This document shows positions 1-8,734 of a stretch of DNA of 64,000 nt, piece by piece. The stretch covers positions 4,224-68,223 of the IMG/VR virus record IMGVR_UViG_3300021963_000109. One strand, given 5' to 3'. Position numbers and translations under genes: made by a program. Within the stretch, counting starts at the first letter, position 1; every line of letters starts with the position of its first letter. The notes below the pieces were generated by a model that did no database searches, was not told the DNA's origin, and saw only the letters and a list, made by a program, of their open reading frames with translations. The DNA is from a virus.

Positions 1-50
1 AATAATGTTCTGATCATAGTTAATAAATTTATATTCATTAGCTATAATGC

Positions 51-85
51 AAAAAAAATGCCCTACAATATTTACAGGACATTTT
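51..85 (-). terminator. Probable intrinsic terminator
   Basis: Minus strand reads ATGTCCTGTAA-ATA-TTGTAGGGCAT (stem with G.U pairs) followed by a T run, downstream of the 123..584 ORF. Confidence 0.55.
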
Positions 86-122
86 GTCGATAACTCTTTA
101 GTAATCAAGACGTTATGTCATA

Positions 123-584
123 TCATCCTTGGTTCTTAAGCATATTTTTCCTGAACTCATTCCATCCCATAACAGGATTGGAAGGATTCTTACTTTTTTT
201 CTTTCTACCTCCCTTAGCAGCAGGGGTGCCGGCTGTTAAAGCGGGAAAAACATCGCCAGATCCAATTGAATCCCTTGTTGGTGGTTGAACCTCTCCCATC
301 CCCGGGGTTCCTTCTAAACTTGCCATTGCTCCCTCACTTTCGTTAATCTGAGAAACTTTATCTTTGAAAACACGGAAGGTTCCTCTTTCGTTGTTTAAAA
401 CGTATCCTATTACTTCACCCCTTGAATTTCTGATTGAGTCATTAATAGTCCCAGATCTTCCGTCAATTACCGTTGCCAATTTTCCAACGTTAGGGTCTTG
501 CTGAAATGACGTTTGGGTAACAACTTCAGTCGGATTGCTAGATGCCCCGCATCCACAATCTTCATTAATTTTTTGGTGTTCCAT
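123..584 (-). CDS. Hypothetical phage protein, possibly head-internal
   Basis: ORF track 123..587 starts at TTG; the next codon is ATG (584). N-terminal INE site, CGC motif, basic tail ending VMGWNEFRK. Confidence 0.6.
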   Translation of the reverse strand: MEHQKINEDCGCGASSNPTEVVTQTSFQQDPNVGKLATVIDGRSGTINDSIRNSRGEVIGYVLNNERGTFRVFKDKVSQINESEGAMASLEGTPGMGEVQPPTRDSIGSGDVFPALTAGTPAAKGGRKKKSKNPSNPVMGWNEFRKNMLKNQG

Positions 585-942
585 CAAGGTCTTTTTTATT
601 CTTCTTTTTGATGTGCTCTCTATAGTCGGAAAGGTTCGCTAGCGATCTTTCCCCTGATCTTGCATCATCATATTGAGCATCAGGCGATAGCTTATAGTAT
701 ATGTCCTTTAGAACGCCTTCTTTTACCTCTTCGGGTAAATTCTTATGTTTGGTCTCAGCAAACTCTTTTAGCTTAGCTAAGGACACGCTATTAGCTAAAT
801 CCATTATTTCTTTCTTGTACTTAGGGTTGATGTCTTTGGGATTTATTCCCTTCTCCCCGTGGGAGCGTTTCCACATCTTTACTCCGTAAGCTTGTCCAAA
901 TAATCTTTGCTGAGTTCTAGAAAGGGATTTCTCGTTGATCAT
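565..942 (-). CDS. DUF3008-like small basic protein
   Basis: S-x-x-QQRLFG ... LKEFAETKHKNLP resembles the DUF3008 signature. Confidence 0.55.
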   Translation of the reverse strand: MINEKSLSRTQQRLFGQAYGVKMWKRSHGEKGINPKDINPKYKKEIMDLANSVSLAKLKEFAETKHKNLPEEVKEGVLKDIYYKLSPDAQYDDARSGERSLANLSDYREHIKKKNKKDLDGTPKN

Positions 943-977
943 GGTAAGTTTTAATAATACTATTTATCCTTACCTGA
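939..977 (-). promoter_or_regulatory. Late-promoter-like GATAAATA (961-968) in the loop of a hairpin that pairs with the start codon
   Basis: Minus strand TCAGGTAAG-GATAAATAGTATTATTAAAA-CTTACC(A)TGA. Confidence 0.5.
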
Positions 978-1157
978 ATTCTTTTTCTTCGAATGCTGAT
1001 CCAGTGTCCAAATAAATCTCCTGTAGTTTTTCTTAACCATTTTAAATCCAGTATCATTATCTGGAATTTTAACAGGACTATCAGGAACCTCATAGTTATG
1101 TGTTTCTGCACTTCCTTCTTGGATTTGATCTTCTACAGGAGATTTAGGGTTTTTCAT
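960..1157 (-). CDS. Hypothetical protein
   Basis: 65 aa ORF packed between neighbours on the coding strand. Confidence 0.55.
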   Translation of the reverse strand: MKNPKSPVEDQIQEGSAETHNYEVPDSPVKIPDNDTGFKMVKKNYRRFIWTLDQHSKKKNSGKDK

Positions 1158-1159
1158 TT

Positions 1160-1378
1160 TTACTTTGTTTTTTCTTGCAACACCGATTCGATGTTAGACA
1201 ATGAAACCGAGGTCACCTCAAAATCCATGATATCGGATTTTAAGTGCTCAGTGATCCTAGCTTCAGCTTCTGTTACTCCAGTAGCCTCTACTAACATCAC
1301 AGTTTTAGTGATCATTGGTTTTCCTTGCTTGTTTGTTTCACCGGAATCAAACGTTACTTTACATTGATAATAAGCCAT
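1160..1378 (-). CDS. DUF4494-family protein (Bacteroidota-type)
   Basis: YQCKV...MLVEA.GVTEAEARI...DFEV.SV pattern. Confidence 0.65.
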   Translation of the reverse strand: MAYYQCKVTFDSGETNKQGKPMITKTVMLVEATGVTEAEARITEHLKSDIMDFEVTSVSLSNIESVLQEKTK

Positions 1379-1390
1379 AATTTATTGTTT

Positions 1391-1398
1391 TATATATC
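1391..1398 (-). promoter_or_regulatory. Late-promoter-like motif GATATATA
   Basis: 12 nt upstream of ATG 1378; the same motif recurs before many genes. Confidence 0.55.
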
Positions 1399-1452
1399 GA
1401 TTAAAGTTGAAATTTGGTCAGTTGTTTCAAATTATCCATAGGCAAGGGCCAC

Positions 1453-1475
1453 AAAAAACCAGCCCGAAGGCTGGT
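1453..1475 (-). terminator. Intrinsic terminator with UUCG tetraloop
   Basis: ACCAGCC-TTCG-GGCTGGT-TTTTT just downstream of 1492..1674. Confidence 0.85.
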
Positions 1476-1491
1476 ATTTGTAAATTTCTTG

Positions 1492-1674
1492 TTATTCAGC
1501 AGTCTGCTTCTTAGCATTCTGAACATCCAAACGAAGTTCTTGTGCAAGCTTTTTAATCTCTTGGCATTGAGTTCTCACTCTAGTGCCTGCTGATTTGTTG
1601 CCTTTGTCAAAAAACTTTTCTACGTTCTCTTTCATTGACTCTAGGAGTGCAACTAATTTTTCATAATTTTCCAT
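1492..1674 (-). CDS. Histone H1-like nucleoid protein (Hc1-type, Bacteroidota-like)
   Basis: KFFDKGNKSAGTRVR...LAQELR..VQ signature, 60 aa. Confidence 0.75.
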   Translation of the reverse strand: MENYEKLVALLESMKENVEKFFDKGNKSAGTRVRTQCQEIKKLAQELRLDVQNAKKQTAE

Positions 1675-1690
1675 AAAAAAACTTTATTTA

Positions 1691-1717
1691 TTATATTGTT
1701 TGGTTACCCTTTGTTTC
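1691..1717 (-). promoter_or_regulatory. GAAAC-N17-TATAAT promoter-like motif upstream of the H1-like gene
   Basis: Same spacing as the motifs at 13674-13700 and 61355-61381. Confidence 0.5.
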
Positions 1718-2017
1718 ACTCAAAATTAAGGATTTTGCGAATCTTTTTCCCAATTTTGTTAAAGAATATTGATTTGGGCCCTCTTCTGAGACCAAACACT
1801 TGATGAGGGGCTTGTTTCTAGCAATCCATCTACGGTCTACTACTGCTCCTGATTCCCCTAAGGTAGCAGCAAATTCAAAGATCTCTTTTCTGGTAGCTTG
1901 CCCCTTTTCGTGAAGGAACTTAACAATGGAATTTTTCAGCTGATTTTTAACACTCATGTACATCACCGGTGTTAAAGACTCGTTGATAAACTCATTATAT
2001 TTTAAAAGATTATCCAT
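1691..2017 (-). CDS. Winged-helix-like protein with CTS-like leader
   Basis: N-terminus LLKYNEFINE; wHTH-like tail YSLTKLGKR. Confidence 0.55.
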   Translation of the reverse strand: MDNLLKYNEFINESLTPVMYMSVKNQLKNSIVKFLHEKGQATRKEIFEFAATLGESGAVVDRRWIARNKPLIKCLVSEEGPNQYSLTKLGKRFAKSLILSETKGNQTI

Positions 2018-2549
2018 GAGCAGTTTTGGTGTAAATTAGGCATTTGGAGGAAGATCCTGGTTGAATACTCCATCTTCCTTCGGACCAAGCAGAAACAATA
2101 GGTTTAATAAATTCTGTGTATTCTTCTATTCCCATTTCTAAGTTTTCCAAAACCTCATCGTAGATTTTAGTTACCTTAGGGTTCTTTTCTAAATAGTTAT
2201 CTAAAGCTCTTTTGTAAATTTCAAAAGCCTGATTTAAAAGATCTTTAGGTAAAGCAAATTTTTCACCCTCTCTAGATCTATACTCACTATCATTTACTAA
2301 GTAATCATCTAAATCATTAGCATCCATTTGTTCAATATGGACAACGCCATAAGATTTTTCAGTCTCCGAAATAACGGTGGATTCTGAAAATTTACCAATC
2401 TTGAAAATTAAACCAGTTTCAGATTCAGCTTCTCCCACTTTGAAATAATAACATTGGGTTTTTTCCTCTTTTTTATCAACAAAGTAATCGTTGCCGTATC
2501 CAGCTTCCTCGTTCATTGTATAACTTGGGAAATTCTTAATAAATTTCAT
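2010..2549 (-). CDS. Hypothetical protein with CTS-like leader
   Basis: 179 aa; MKFIKNFPSYTMNEE; preceded by AATATATA (2568-2575). Confidence 0.65.
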   Translation of the reverse strand: MKFIKNFPSYTMNEEAGYGNDYFVDKKEEKTQCYYFKVGEAESETGLIFKIGKFSESTVISETEKSYGVVHIEQMDANDLDDYLVNDSEYRSREGEKFALPKDLLNQAFEIYKRALDNYLEKNPKVTKIYDEVLENLEMGIEEYTEFIKPIVSAWSEGRWSIQPGSSSKCLIYTKTAHG

Positions 2550-2598
2550 GTCTTGATCTTTTTACTTTATATATTCAAAAAATAAATCCTAGGCTCAC

Positions 2599-2628
2599 AA
2601 AAAACCCCTGATTTAAATCAGGGGTTTT
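2599..2628 (-). terminator. Intrinsic terminator (perfect 28-bp palindrome)
   Basis: AAAACCCCTGATTT/AAATCAGGGGTTTT at 2601-2628 with a T tail, 3 nt after the MoxR stop. Confidence 0.8.
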
Positions 2629-2631
2629 AAT

Positions 2632-4284
2632 TTATTTTGCTGCATTAATGTTTTGCTGTCTAAATTCTTCAAAGTCTACTAAATAAGCCTGAGCGAATTT
2701 AGTTAGATTTCTTAAATAAGGCTTAGCCTCTGGACCAGTCTTAACATAATCATGTTTAGAGTTTAGCATGTTTATAAATGCTGTAGCATACTCAGAAGCA
2801 AGATCTCCTAATGTTTCTTTAAGTCTAATACTCCAATCAACAGCGTTACCGTATTGCTCTGGAGTTAGTTTACCAAGATCTCCTGATTTAGAAACTACCG
2901 CTGCCAACTTAGCCCAAATGTGATTTGGAGAATCTCCAGATTTTGGAATTGGTGCTTTGTCAGGATCACTAAATACTTTATCAACGTCAGCAGGAGGGAA
3001 ATTCTTCACGATTTGATAGAATTCCATAAATGCTCTAGCTGCGGTTTGACCAACTGAAGCAGCGAAGATGTCAAAAACTTCGTCTGCAGAAATTTCTTTC
3101 TTTCCAGTTTCTGCTTGAATTACTTTTAATTCAGAATATAGGGATTTAGATGCATCGATCCAACCTCTAGGAGTAGCGAATTTACGTCCGGATTGAACAT
3201 TACCTGGATCAAGCGTGTGGAAATATTCTCTTGAGAATTGTAGGAAAGCAAGAAGCTCTGGTAATACAATTTCTCTTAATGGAGCACCTGCACCCCCGCT
3301 TGGAGCATAATCATAGGAAGATAATTTCTTGCCCTGAGGATCTACCCCAGTAACGTGTGAAACGAATCCTTCGATAGTTGGAATATAGTTAACAGCATCC
3401 ACACGATCCCAGAAAGCTGTAGGCATTTCTTTAACCGCTTCCTCCACATCATCTGAGGGTCTGTTACCCGCTGCAACGATTAACCATTTTCCTGGTAATT
3501 CGTATTCCATAACTCTTCTGCTTTGAAATAATTTCATACAACCAGTTACTACCGGTTGAATTGCTCTGTTCATTTCATCGAAGAAGATAATTCCTCCTCT
3601 GTCTTTATATTTTTTTCCGTCATTGGTTCTAGGAAGCCAAACCGGAGGATTACCTCTGGTAACCCCTTCACCGTAAGCTTTATCTGATGCAACGTCTACA
3701 GTTTTTGGTACACCCAAAAAGTCTGCAGCTTCCATAAATTCTAGATCCACATATAAAACGTCCAAACCTAAATCTTCCGCCGCTTGAGCAACAATTTCAG
3801 TTTTTCCGATACCAGGAGATCCAAAGATAAAGATAGGTTTGCTGTAACCAGTAACTTCTCTTTCATCTTCTCCTTGCTTAACCTTAGTTGTATAATTTAA
3901 AGTTTTATATCTCTTTTTGATCATTTCCTTTAACTTCTCTGCACCTACATCAGTTGGACCTTCTTCACCTGGCCATGCAAGATGCGGAGAAATCTCTCCT
4001 TCATCTAAATCAACAGATTCTTTAAGTTTTGAATATTTACTACCGGAAAAGAAAGTGTCTAATTGACTTAGCATATTGCCATCTCCGTAAGCAAAATATC
4101 CAACCATTGGTAATCCTTCTTTCTTTCCCTGAGGATTAATAGGAACTAAGCCATCCTTGATTTTCGAAATCAGGGAAGAAACCCATCCTCCAACTTTAGA
4201 AAAAATGTTTTTGGCACCTTTTACAAGATCTCCAAACCCATAATCTTCATTGATGAAAGTGTTAAAATTTTTAATCTTCTGCAT
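2632..4284 (-). CDS. MoxR-like AAA+ ATPase with N-terminal extension
   Basis: Walker A GSPGIGKT, Walker B IIFFDE, AGNR, TPRGW; adjacent to a vWA gene. Confidence 0.85.
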   Translation of the reverse strand: MQKIKNFNTFINEDYGFGDLVKGAKNIFSKVGGWVSSLISKIKDGLVPINPQGKKEGLPMVGYFAYGDGNMLSQLDTFFSGSKYSKLKESVDLDEGEISPHLAWPGEEGPTDVGAEKLKEMIKKRYKTLNYTTKVKQGEDEREVTGYSKPIFIFGSPGIGKTEIVAQAAEDLGLDVLYVDLEFMEAADFLGVPKTVDVASDKAYGEGVTRGNPPVWLPRTNDGKKYKDRGGIIFFDEMNRAIQPVVTGCMKLFQSRRVMEYELPGKWLIVAAGNRPSDDVEEAVKEMPTAFWDRVDAVNYIPTIEGFVSHVTGVDPQGKKLSSYDYAPSGGAGAPLREIVLPELLAFLQFSREYFHTLDPGNVQSGRKFATPRGWIDASKSLYSELKVIQAETGKKEISADEVFDIFAASVGQTAARAFMEFYQIVKNFPPADVDKVFSDPDKAPIPKSGDSPNHIWAKLAAVVSKSGDLGKLTPEQYGNAVDWSIRLKETLGDLASEYATAFINMLNSKHDYVKTGPEAKPYLRNLTKFAQAYLVDFEEFRQQNINAAK

Positions 4285-4300
4285 CTTTTATTTTTTATTC

Positions 4301-4308
4301 TATATATC
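4301..4308 (-). promoter_or_regulatory. Late-promoter-like motif GATATATA
   Basis: 16 nt upstream of the MoxR ATG. Confidence 0.6.
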
Positions 4309-4310
4309 TT

Positions 4311-5219
4311 TTAAACTTTAGTAACCAAATCAAGCTTAGTGCCAAAAGGAACCTGTATATCGTTATTTGGTCTGTTCGGAGAAATTATCACCCAGAAAAC
4401 ATTTTTTGCATATTTATCTGTTCCATAATCACCTAAAGCAGGGAATGGTCCGAATCCATCAGTAAAATAAACGATAGGTCCTATTTTCTTCTTACCGAGA
4501 ATATTCTCCTCTATCCATTTGAAAGGAGGTCTGAAATCTGTTCCTCCACCGCCTCTAGGTTCTCTCATTTTCCAAAGATCCCCTGTTCCTTTTAAAACGT
4601 CAACGGGTAAATACATGGTTGCATCGCACCAAATAAGATATGTTTCTTTGGGCTTGTGTTCCTTCATGATATTTTGGGTCTCATTAATGAATTGCTGTAA
4701 TTCATTTTTTCCAATAGATCCTGAGGTATCCGCTATAATAAAGAGGGTTTCGAATCCTTCCTTTTTTCTTTTAGATCCCCAAAGAATATCTCCACTGCCT
4801 AAAAATCTTTTATTAGGCATAAAGTATTCAACCTTAGAAGCCATCTTATTGACAAATCTCTTTAATAAGATTTTCCAATCAATCACTGGCTTAGCGAACA
4901 TATCCTCCAGAATAGTTACAAGGGCTCCTGGGATACTACCAGCATTTCTTTGTCTTGCCCTTTGAACATCTTCTCTCCAAGCTTCTTCTCCATCTTTTTT
5001 TGAATCAGTGATCTCGGGTGGAAGAGGCTCTCCCCCAGGAACGGGTATTCCCTCCGGACCCTCGCCTTCACCTCTCCCTATACGAGGTGGCTCGTCCCAA
5101 GCGGGTTCAGTCCCAGGAGGGGGAGGTGGAACCGGTCCTGTTGGAGGAGGTGGTGGGTTAGTACCATTATCCTCGAAATCTACTACGACCTTTCTTAGAT
5201 CTGCTGCTTTATATTTCAT
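4311..5219 (-). CDS. vWA-domain protein (DUF2201 C-terminal type) with Pro-rich N-terminus
   Basis: MIDAS DTSGS, GGGTDF, YFTDG; poly-Pro stretch. Confidence 0.85.
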   Translation of the reverse strand: MKYKAADLRKVVVDFEDNGTNPPPPPTGPVPPPPPGTEPAWDEPPRIGRGEGEGPEGIPVPGGEPLPPEITDSKKDGEEAWREDVQRARQRNAGSIPGALVTILEDMFAKPVIDWKILLKRFVNKMASKVEYFMPNKRFLGSGDILWGSKRKKEGFETLFIIADTSGSIGKNELQQFINETQNIMKEHKPKETYLIWCDATMYLPVDVLKGTGDLWKMREPRGGGGTDFRPPFKWIEENILGKKKIGPIVYFTDGFGPFPALGDYGTDKYAKNVFWVIISPNRPNNDIQVPFGTKLDLVTKV

Positions 5220-5221
5220 AA

Positions 5222-5995
5222 TTAGTATATTGTTTTTACTTTTTGTCCTGACATTTTTTCAACCTCTGATGTCAATTCAGCTTTAGTCATAGGTTGCAGT
5301 TCAGCCTCTCCTGTATCCCCATCAATTGATATAACCTTTCCGTATTGGCCAGAGGAGGTTGCAACAAAATCACCGACTTTTGCAAACTTTTTCCCAGTTC
5401 CTGCTGATGTTCCTCCTCCACCGCCTTTTTTAAGTGGAACAGGAGGTAATACACCGCCATAGTTCCATCCCTCATCAGGGGGTAACTGAACGTCATTTTC
5501 GATTAAAAATTGATAGATGTCTTCTGCTCTCATTCCGTCAAACTTAGGATCTCTTAAAGCTCCCTCAACCATTTTTCCTAATTTTGAACTTTGTTCTCTG
5601 TTTGCAGGATTGCTAGGATCTATTAAAGCATTAAGTGCATAATCACAGGCAGCATTCCAAACGCGAGGGTCTGGCATCTTTCTAGCAAAGTGAAAAAGAA
5701 CACAGTGCATTACTTCATGGATAATAACCCACTCAATTTCAGGACCGGTTTTCTCTAAAGCAAAATTAGGATCGTAATAAAGATTATTACCATCAGTAGC
5801 CATTGTTTTATATGGAAGATCAAGCCTTTCCTGAAAAACAAGCTTCATAGCCAAATGGCCAAAAAATGGATTGTTTTTTACAACCTGCATTCTACAGAAT
5901 TGCATCTTTTTAAATGCTCTGCTACTAATGTCTGATGTGTTTTCTAGAACCGGATTGGAATTTTTAAATTGGGACCAATTTGATATTTTAGACAT
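5222..5995 (-). CDS. HExxH metallopeptidase (DUF2201 N-terminal type)
   Basis: PFFG.L, TMATDG, HEVMH...H, WNAACDYALN; SH3/KOW-like tail. Confidence 0.8.
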   Translation of the reverse strand: MSKISNWSQFKNSNPVLENTSDISSRAFKKMQFCRMQVVKNNPFFGHLAMKLVFQERLDLPYKTMATDGNNLYYDPNFALEKTGPEIEWVIIHEVMHCVLFHFARKMPDPRVWNAACDYALNALIDPSNPANREQSSKLGKMVEGALRDPKFDGMRAEDIYQFLIENDVQLPPDEGWNYGGVLPPVPLKKGGGGGTSAGTGKKFAKVGDFVATSSGQYGKVISIDGDTGEAELQPMTKAELTSEVEKMSGQKVKTIY

Positions 5996-6007
5996 TTCTT
6001 AGATTTT

Positions 6008-6034
6008 TGATTTATATATCCCAAATATAAATCA
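6008..6034 (-). promoter_or_regulatory. GATATATA motif (6013-6020) overlapping a 10-bp hairpin
   Basis: Minus strand TGATTTATAT-TTGGGAT-ATATAAATCA, 12 nt before ATG 5995. Confidence 0.55.
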
Positions 6035-6067
6035 CAACTACGGAAAGATCCGGATGACAGGATTTAT

Positions 6068-8008
6068 CTAAAATTTACGGGAGATCTCTTCCCAAAGGGA
6101 ATGAATCGATTTTGGAACGTGCTTTTTAAAATCTATGTAATTCTTCTCCTTTAAGGAGTTATTTACTATAGTAGATGATATCCATTCAGGAGCAGCTTGC
6201 ACGCTGAAGTCCTCTGGAACTCTGTCCTTTCTTTTAAGCGATCTAGATTGAAGTAAATAGTTATCTAGTCTTTTCTTACCTACAGTTAATGTTTTAGGAA
6301 TTAATGATTTATCCAAATTGTCCAAAGCAGTTGCTAGAAGATCATCATCTACATAATTAACGGAAGAAATTATCCCGGACAATTCATCAGCAACCAGGTG
6401 CATCATTTTCTTTACAGTTTCCTGGTCTATAATTTCTCTTTTAGGTTTAGTTACAAACACACAAACGGGAAGTCCGTTGTGTTGATTTGCTTTCTTTATC
6501 AGTTTAAGATGTCCGTTATTAAAAGGATGAAATTTACCAATCACAATATTAACATCATTTCCAGTTTCGCTTGGAATTTGCTTTTGGTGATCGGTGTTTA
6601 GAATGGATTTAATTCTATCAACTATCTCAGGATCAACTTCGCTTTCTGGGCTAGCTTCAATCTCCTCGAAGTCCTCAATCCTTTCTTCTTGCTCTGGATC
6701 AGCAGGAACTTCCTCCACCTCTGCCTCTACTTCTTCCTCGTCATCAGACTCAACTTCCTCTTGAGGTACAAATACTTTCTTTTCTTTTCTAAATTGATCG
6801 AAAGTAGGAATCATAGATTCCACCACGATGTTCTTTCTATTTAGGTATTCGGAAATTTCTCTAACTAGAATATTAAACTGTTCAACAGCTCCTTGTGTAA
6901 AGAATCCACCAGGCTTCTTTTTCAGTTTTCTAAATGCAGAAAGAATAAGTCTAAAAAGAGATTGGTAGCTCTCATCTTCACTAAGTAATTCCCTAGTTTT
7001 ATCATCACTAATTAATTCGAGATTAATATCATTTTCAGTTTGCTTTAAATAGTCAGGCTCTTGAAAGTCCAAGCCCAAATATTTTTCTCCGTTTTTTTCT
7101 ATGAAAGAATTAAAAACTGAACAGATGTATGAAATGTATTTGTCATTAGGATCTTCACCAGTATAATCAAAAGAATCTATCCCTTCATCAAGAATGAAGT
7201 TCATCACCTCTAAAATGGTAATCCCGTAAATATCATTCGGAAAATAACTAGTTTTCTTAAGATTGTTTTGTTTAGTGATATCGGAAAAAATAGGATCTAA
7301 AATTTTGGCAGTAAAAGATTCACCAGCACCATCTAAAGGTCCAAATCTGAAAACTACTCCTTCGATGGGTTCTTCTAAAGAATCATGAAGGAAGCTTTTA
7401 TCTAATTCAGGATTTAAAACTGTTATTAAATATTTAGCAAAGCTTTCTGTTCCGTGACTCTTTTTAAGAACGTCGTTTGGTGAATTAATAAAATCATTAA
7501 CAGCAACTTTTTGTTCATCTGATAACTTTCCCTGAAAAATAATCGGGGATTTTTCAACTCCAATAAGATCTGCCCAGTAATCTAACTCGTCCCTATTAAC
7601 AATAGTTCTTTCTACATCCCCGAATTGATTCTTAACTATGATATGAGTTAAAACTAAACTGTTCTTTGGCATCCTTTGATACGAAAGAACAACCGGACTG
7701 CTATTGATAAAAAATTCCATTCCAAATCTCCATCCGCTTGGAATTTCGTTTAGAATATTTTCCGGAAGATTTTTTATGTAAGAAATTGGCTTATCATAAT
7801 AATTCATCAAAACCCTATCGATCTTGGAAATAGGATTGTTCTGATCCCTCTTATAAAAATATATTGTACCATCAAAAGGATTTCTTTCAAAGGAGAAAGA
7901 CATTCCGTTTAACTTTTCAGATACAGTAACTTCCTTACTAAAAAGATCATTCAGGAATTCAACTCCCTGCTTCTTATAAATCTCACTTAAATGTTTTATC
8001 CCTGACAT
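6068..8008 (-). CDS. RNA-ligase-like covalent nucleotidyltransferase fused to a HIGH-type (cytidylyltransferase-like) domain
   Basis: SEKLNG (motif I), EGVVFR (IV), TAKI (V); acidic linker; IGKFHPFNNGH and ISST. Confidence 0.65.
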   Translation of the reverse strand: MSGIKHLSEIYKKQGVEFLNDLFSKEVTVSEKLNGMSFSFERNPFDGTIYFYKRDQNNPISKIDRVLMNYYDKPISYIKNLPENILNEIPSGWRFGMEFFINSSPVVLSYQRMPKNSLVLTHIIVKNQFGDVERTIVNRDELDYWADLIGVEKSPIIFQGKLSDEQKVAVNDFINSPNDVLKKSHGTESFAKYLITVLNPELDKSFLHDSLEEPIEGVVFRFGPLDGAGESFTAKILDPIFSDITKQNNLKKTSYFPNDIYGITILEVMNFILDEGIDSFDYTGEDPNDKYISYICSVFNSFIEKNGEKYLGLDFQEPDYLKQTENDINLELISDDKTRELLSEDESYQSLFRLILSAFRKLKKKPGGFFTQGAVEQFNILVREISEYLNRKNIVVESMIPTFDQFRKEKKVFVPQEEVESDDEEEVEAEVEEVPADPEQEERIEDFEEIEASPESEVDPEIVDRIKSILNTDHQKQIPSETGNDVNIVIGKFHPFNNGHLKLIKKANQHNGLPVCVFVTKPKREIIDQETVKKMMHLVADELSGIISSVNYVDDDLLATALDNLDKSLIPKTLTVGKKRLDNYLLQSRSLKRKDRVPEDFSVQAAPEWISSTIVNNSLKEKNYIDFKKHVPKSIHSLWEEISRKF

Positions 8009-8011
8009 ATA

Positions 8012-8455
8012 CTAGTTTAATACTATAATTTCTTTTTTTCCGTTCAGATTAAAAATAAAAAATTCACCTAAACTGATAGGCTTATTAACTTTAACTTCCG
8101 CATTAAGAAGTAAAAATTCAATCGAAAGAAGTAATTGATCGACAAGAACATCTGATCTATATTTTAATCCTTTCTTTTTTAATTTTAATAGCTTCTTATA
8201 ATACTTATCTATCGGGGGTTGTTTTTTTGCTTCACAAAAAATAGAAAAAAGAACATCCTCAATTTCAGCTACCTTTTCTTCCTCTATTAGTAAATCCCAA
8301 TCCCCTGACAAATTTCTTTCAATTTTTCCACCCTGTCCAAGCATGGTTTTAAATTGAACGACCTCTTCATCCCTCTCGACTCCGACTACTCGAATTCCAA
8401 TATAGTGTTCGATGATAGGATAAAGTATATCGTACATATTTTTATTTTTTACCAA
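8012..8455 (-). CDS. Hypothetical protein
   Basis: 147 aa operonic ORF. Confidence 0.55.
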   Translation of the reverse strand: MVKNKNMYDILYPIIEHYIGIRVVGVERDEEVVQFKTMLGQGGKIERNLSGDWDLLIEEEKVAEIEDVLFSIFCEAKKQPPIDKYYKKLLKLKKKGLKYRSDVLVDQLLLSIEFLLLNAEVKVNKPISLGEFFIFNLNGKKEIIVLN

Positions 8456-8705
8456 AAGGCTTTGAACTCTTCGTTACAATCCCGTGTTTTTCTTTATAAT
8501 CAGACCATTCTTTTCCTAGATCCTCCATGAATTTTTCTTGGGCTTTTTTATCCTCTCTGAACTTTTCATCAAATGGACCGGAAACTCCATGCTTCTTATA
8601 ATACTTTTTTGCAAAAGTTAAATATTTATTAGTCTCATCAATTTTTGAAATAGTCTTTAGTTTTTCAATCTTGATGCTCTCTTGGATCTGTGATACCTTT
8701 TTCAT
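8442..8705 (-). CDS. Hypothetical basic protein
   Basis: 87 aa; N-terminal IQES. Confidence 0.55.
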   Translation of the reverse strand: MKKVSQIQESIKIEKLKTISKIDETNKYLTFAKKYYKKHGVSGPFDEKFREDKKAQEKFMEDLGKEWSDYKEKHGIVTKSSKPFGKK

Positions 8706-8734
8706 TTATATCTATTATATTATGATTTTATTTT

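Noticed and set aside
5217-5261. Programmed -1 frameshift fusing the peptidase and vWA genes
   Set aside because: The vWA frame is open for only about 13 codons upstream of its ATG and there is no in-frame X XXY YYZ slippery site; a sequencing indel is not excluded
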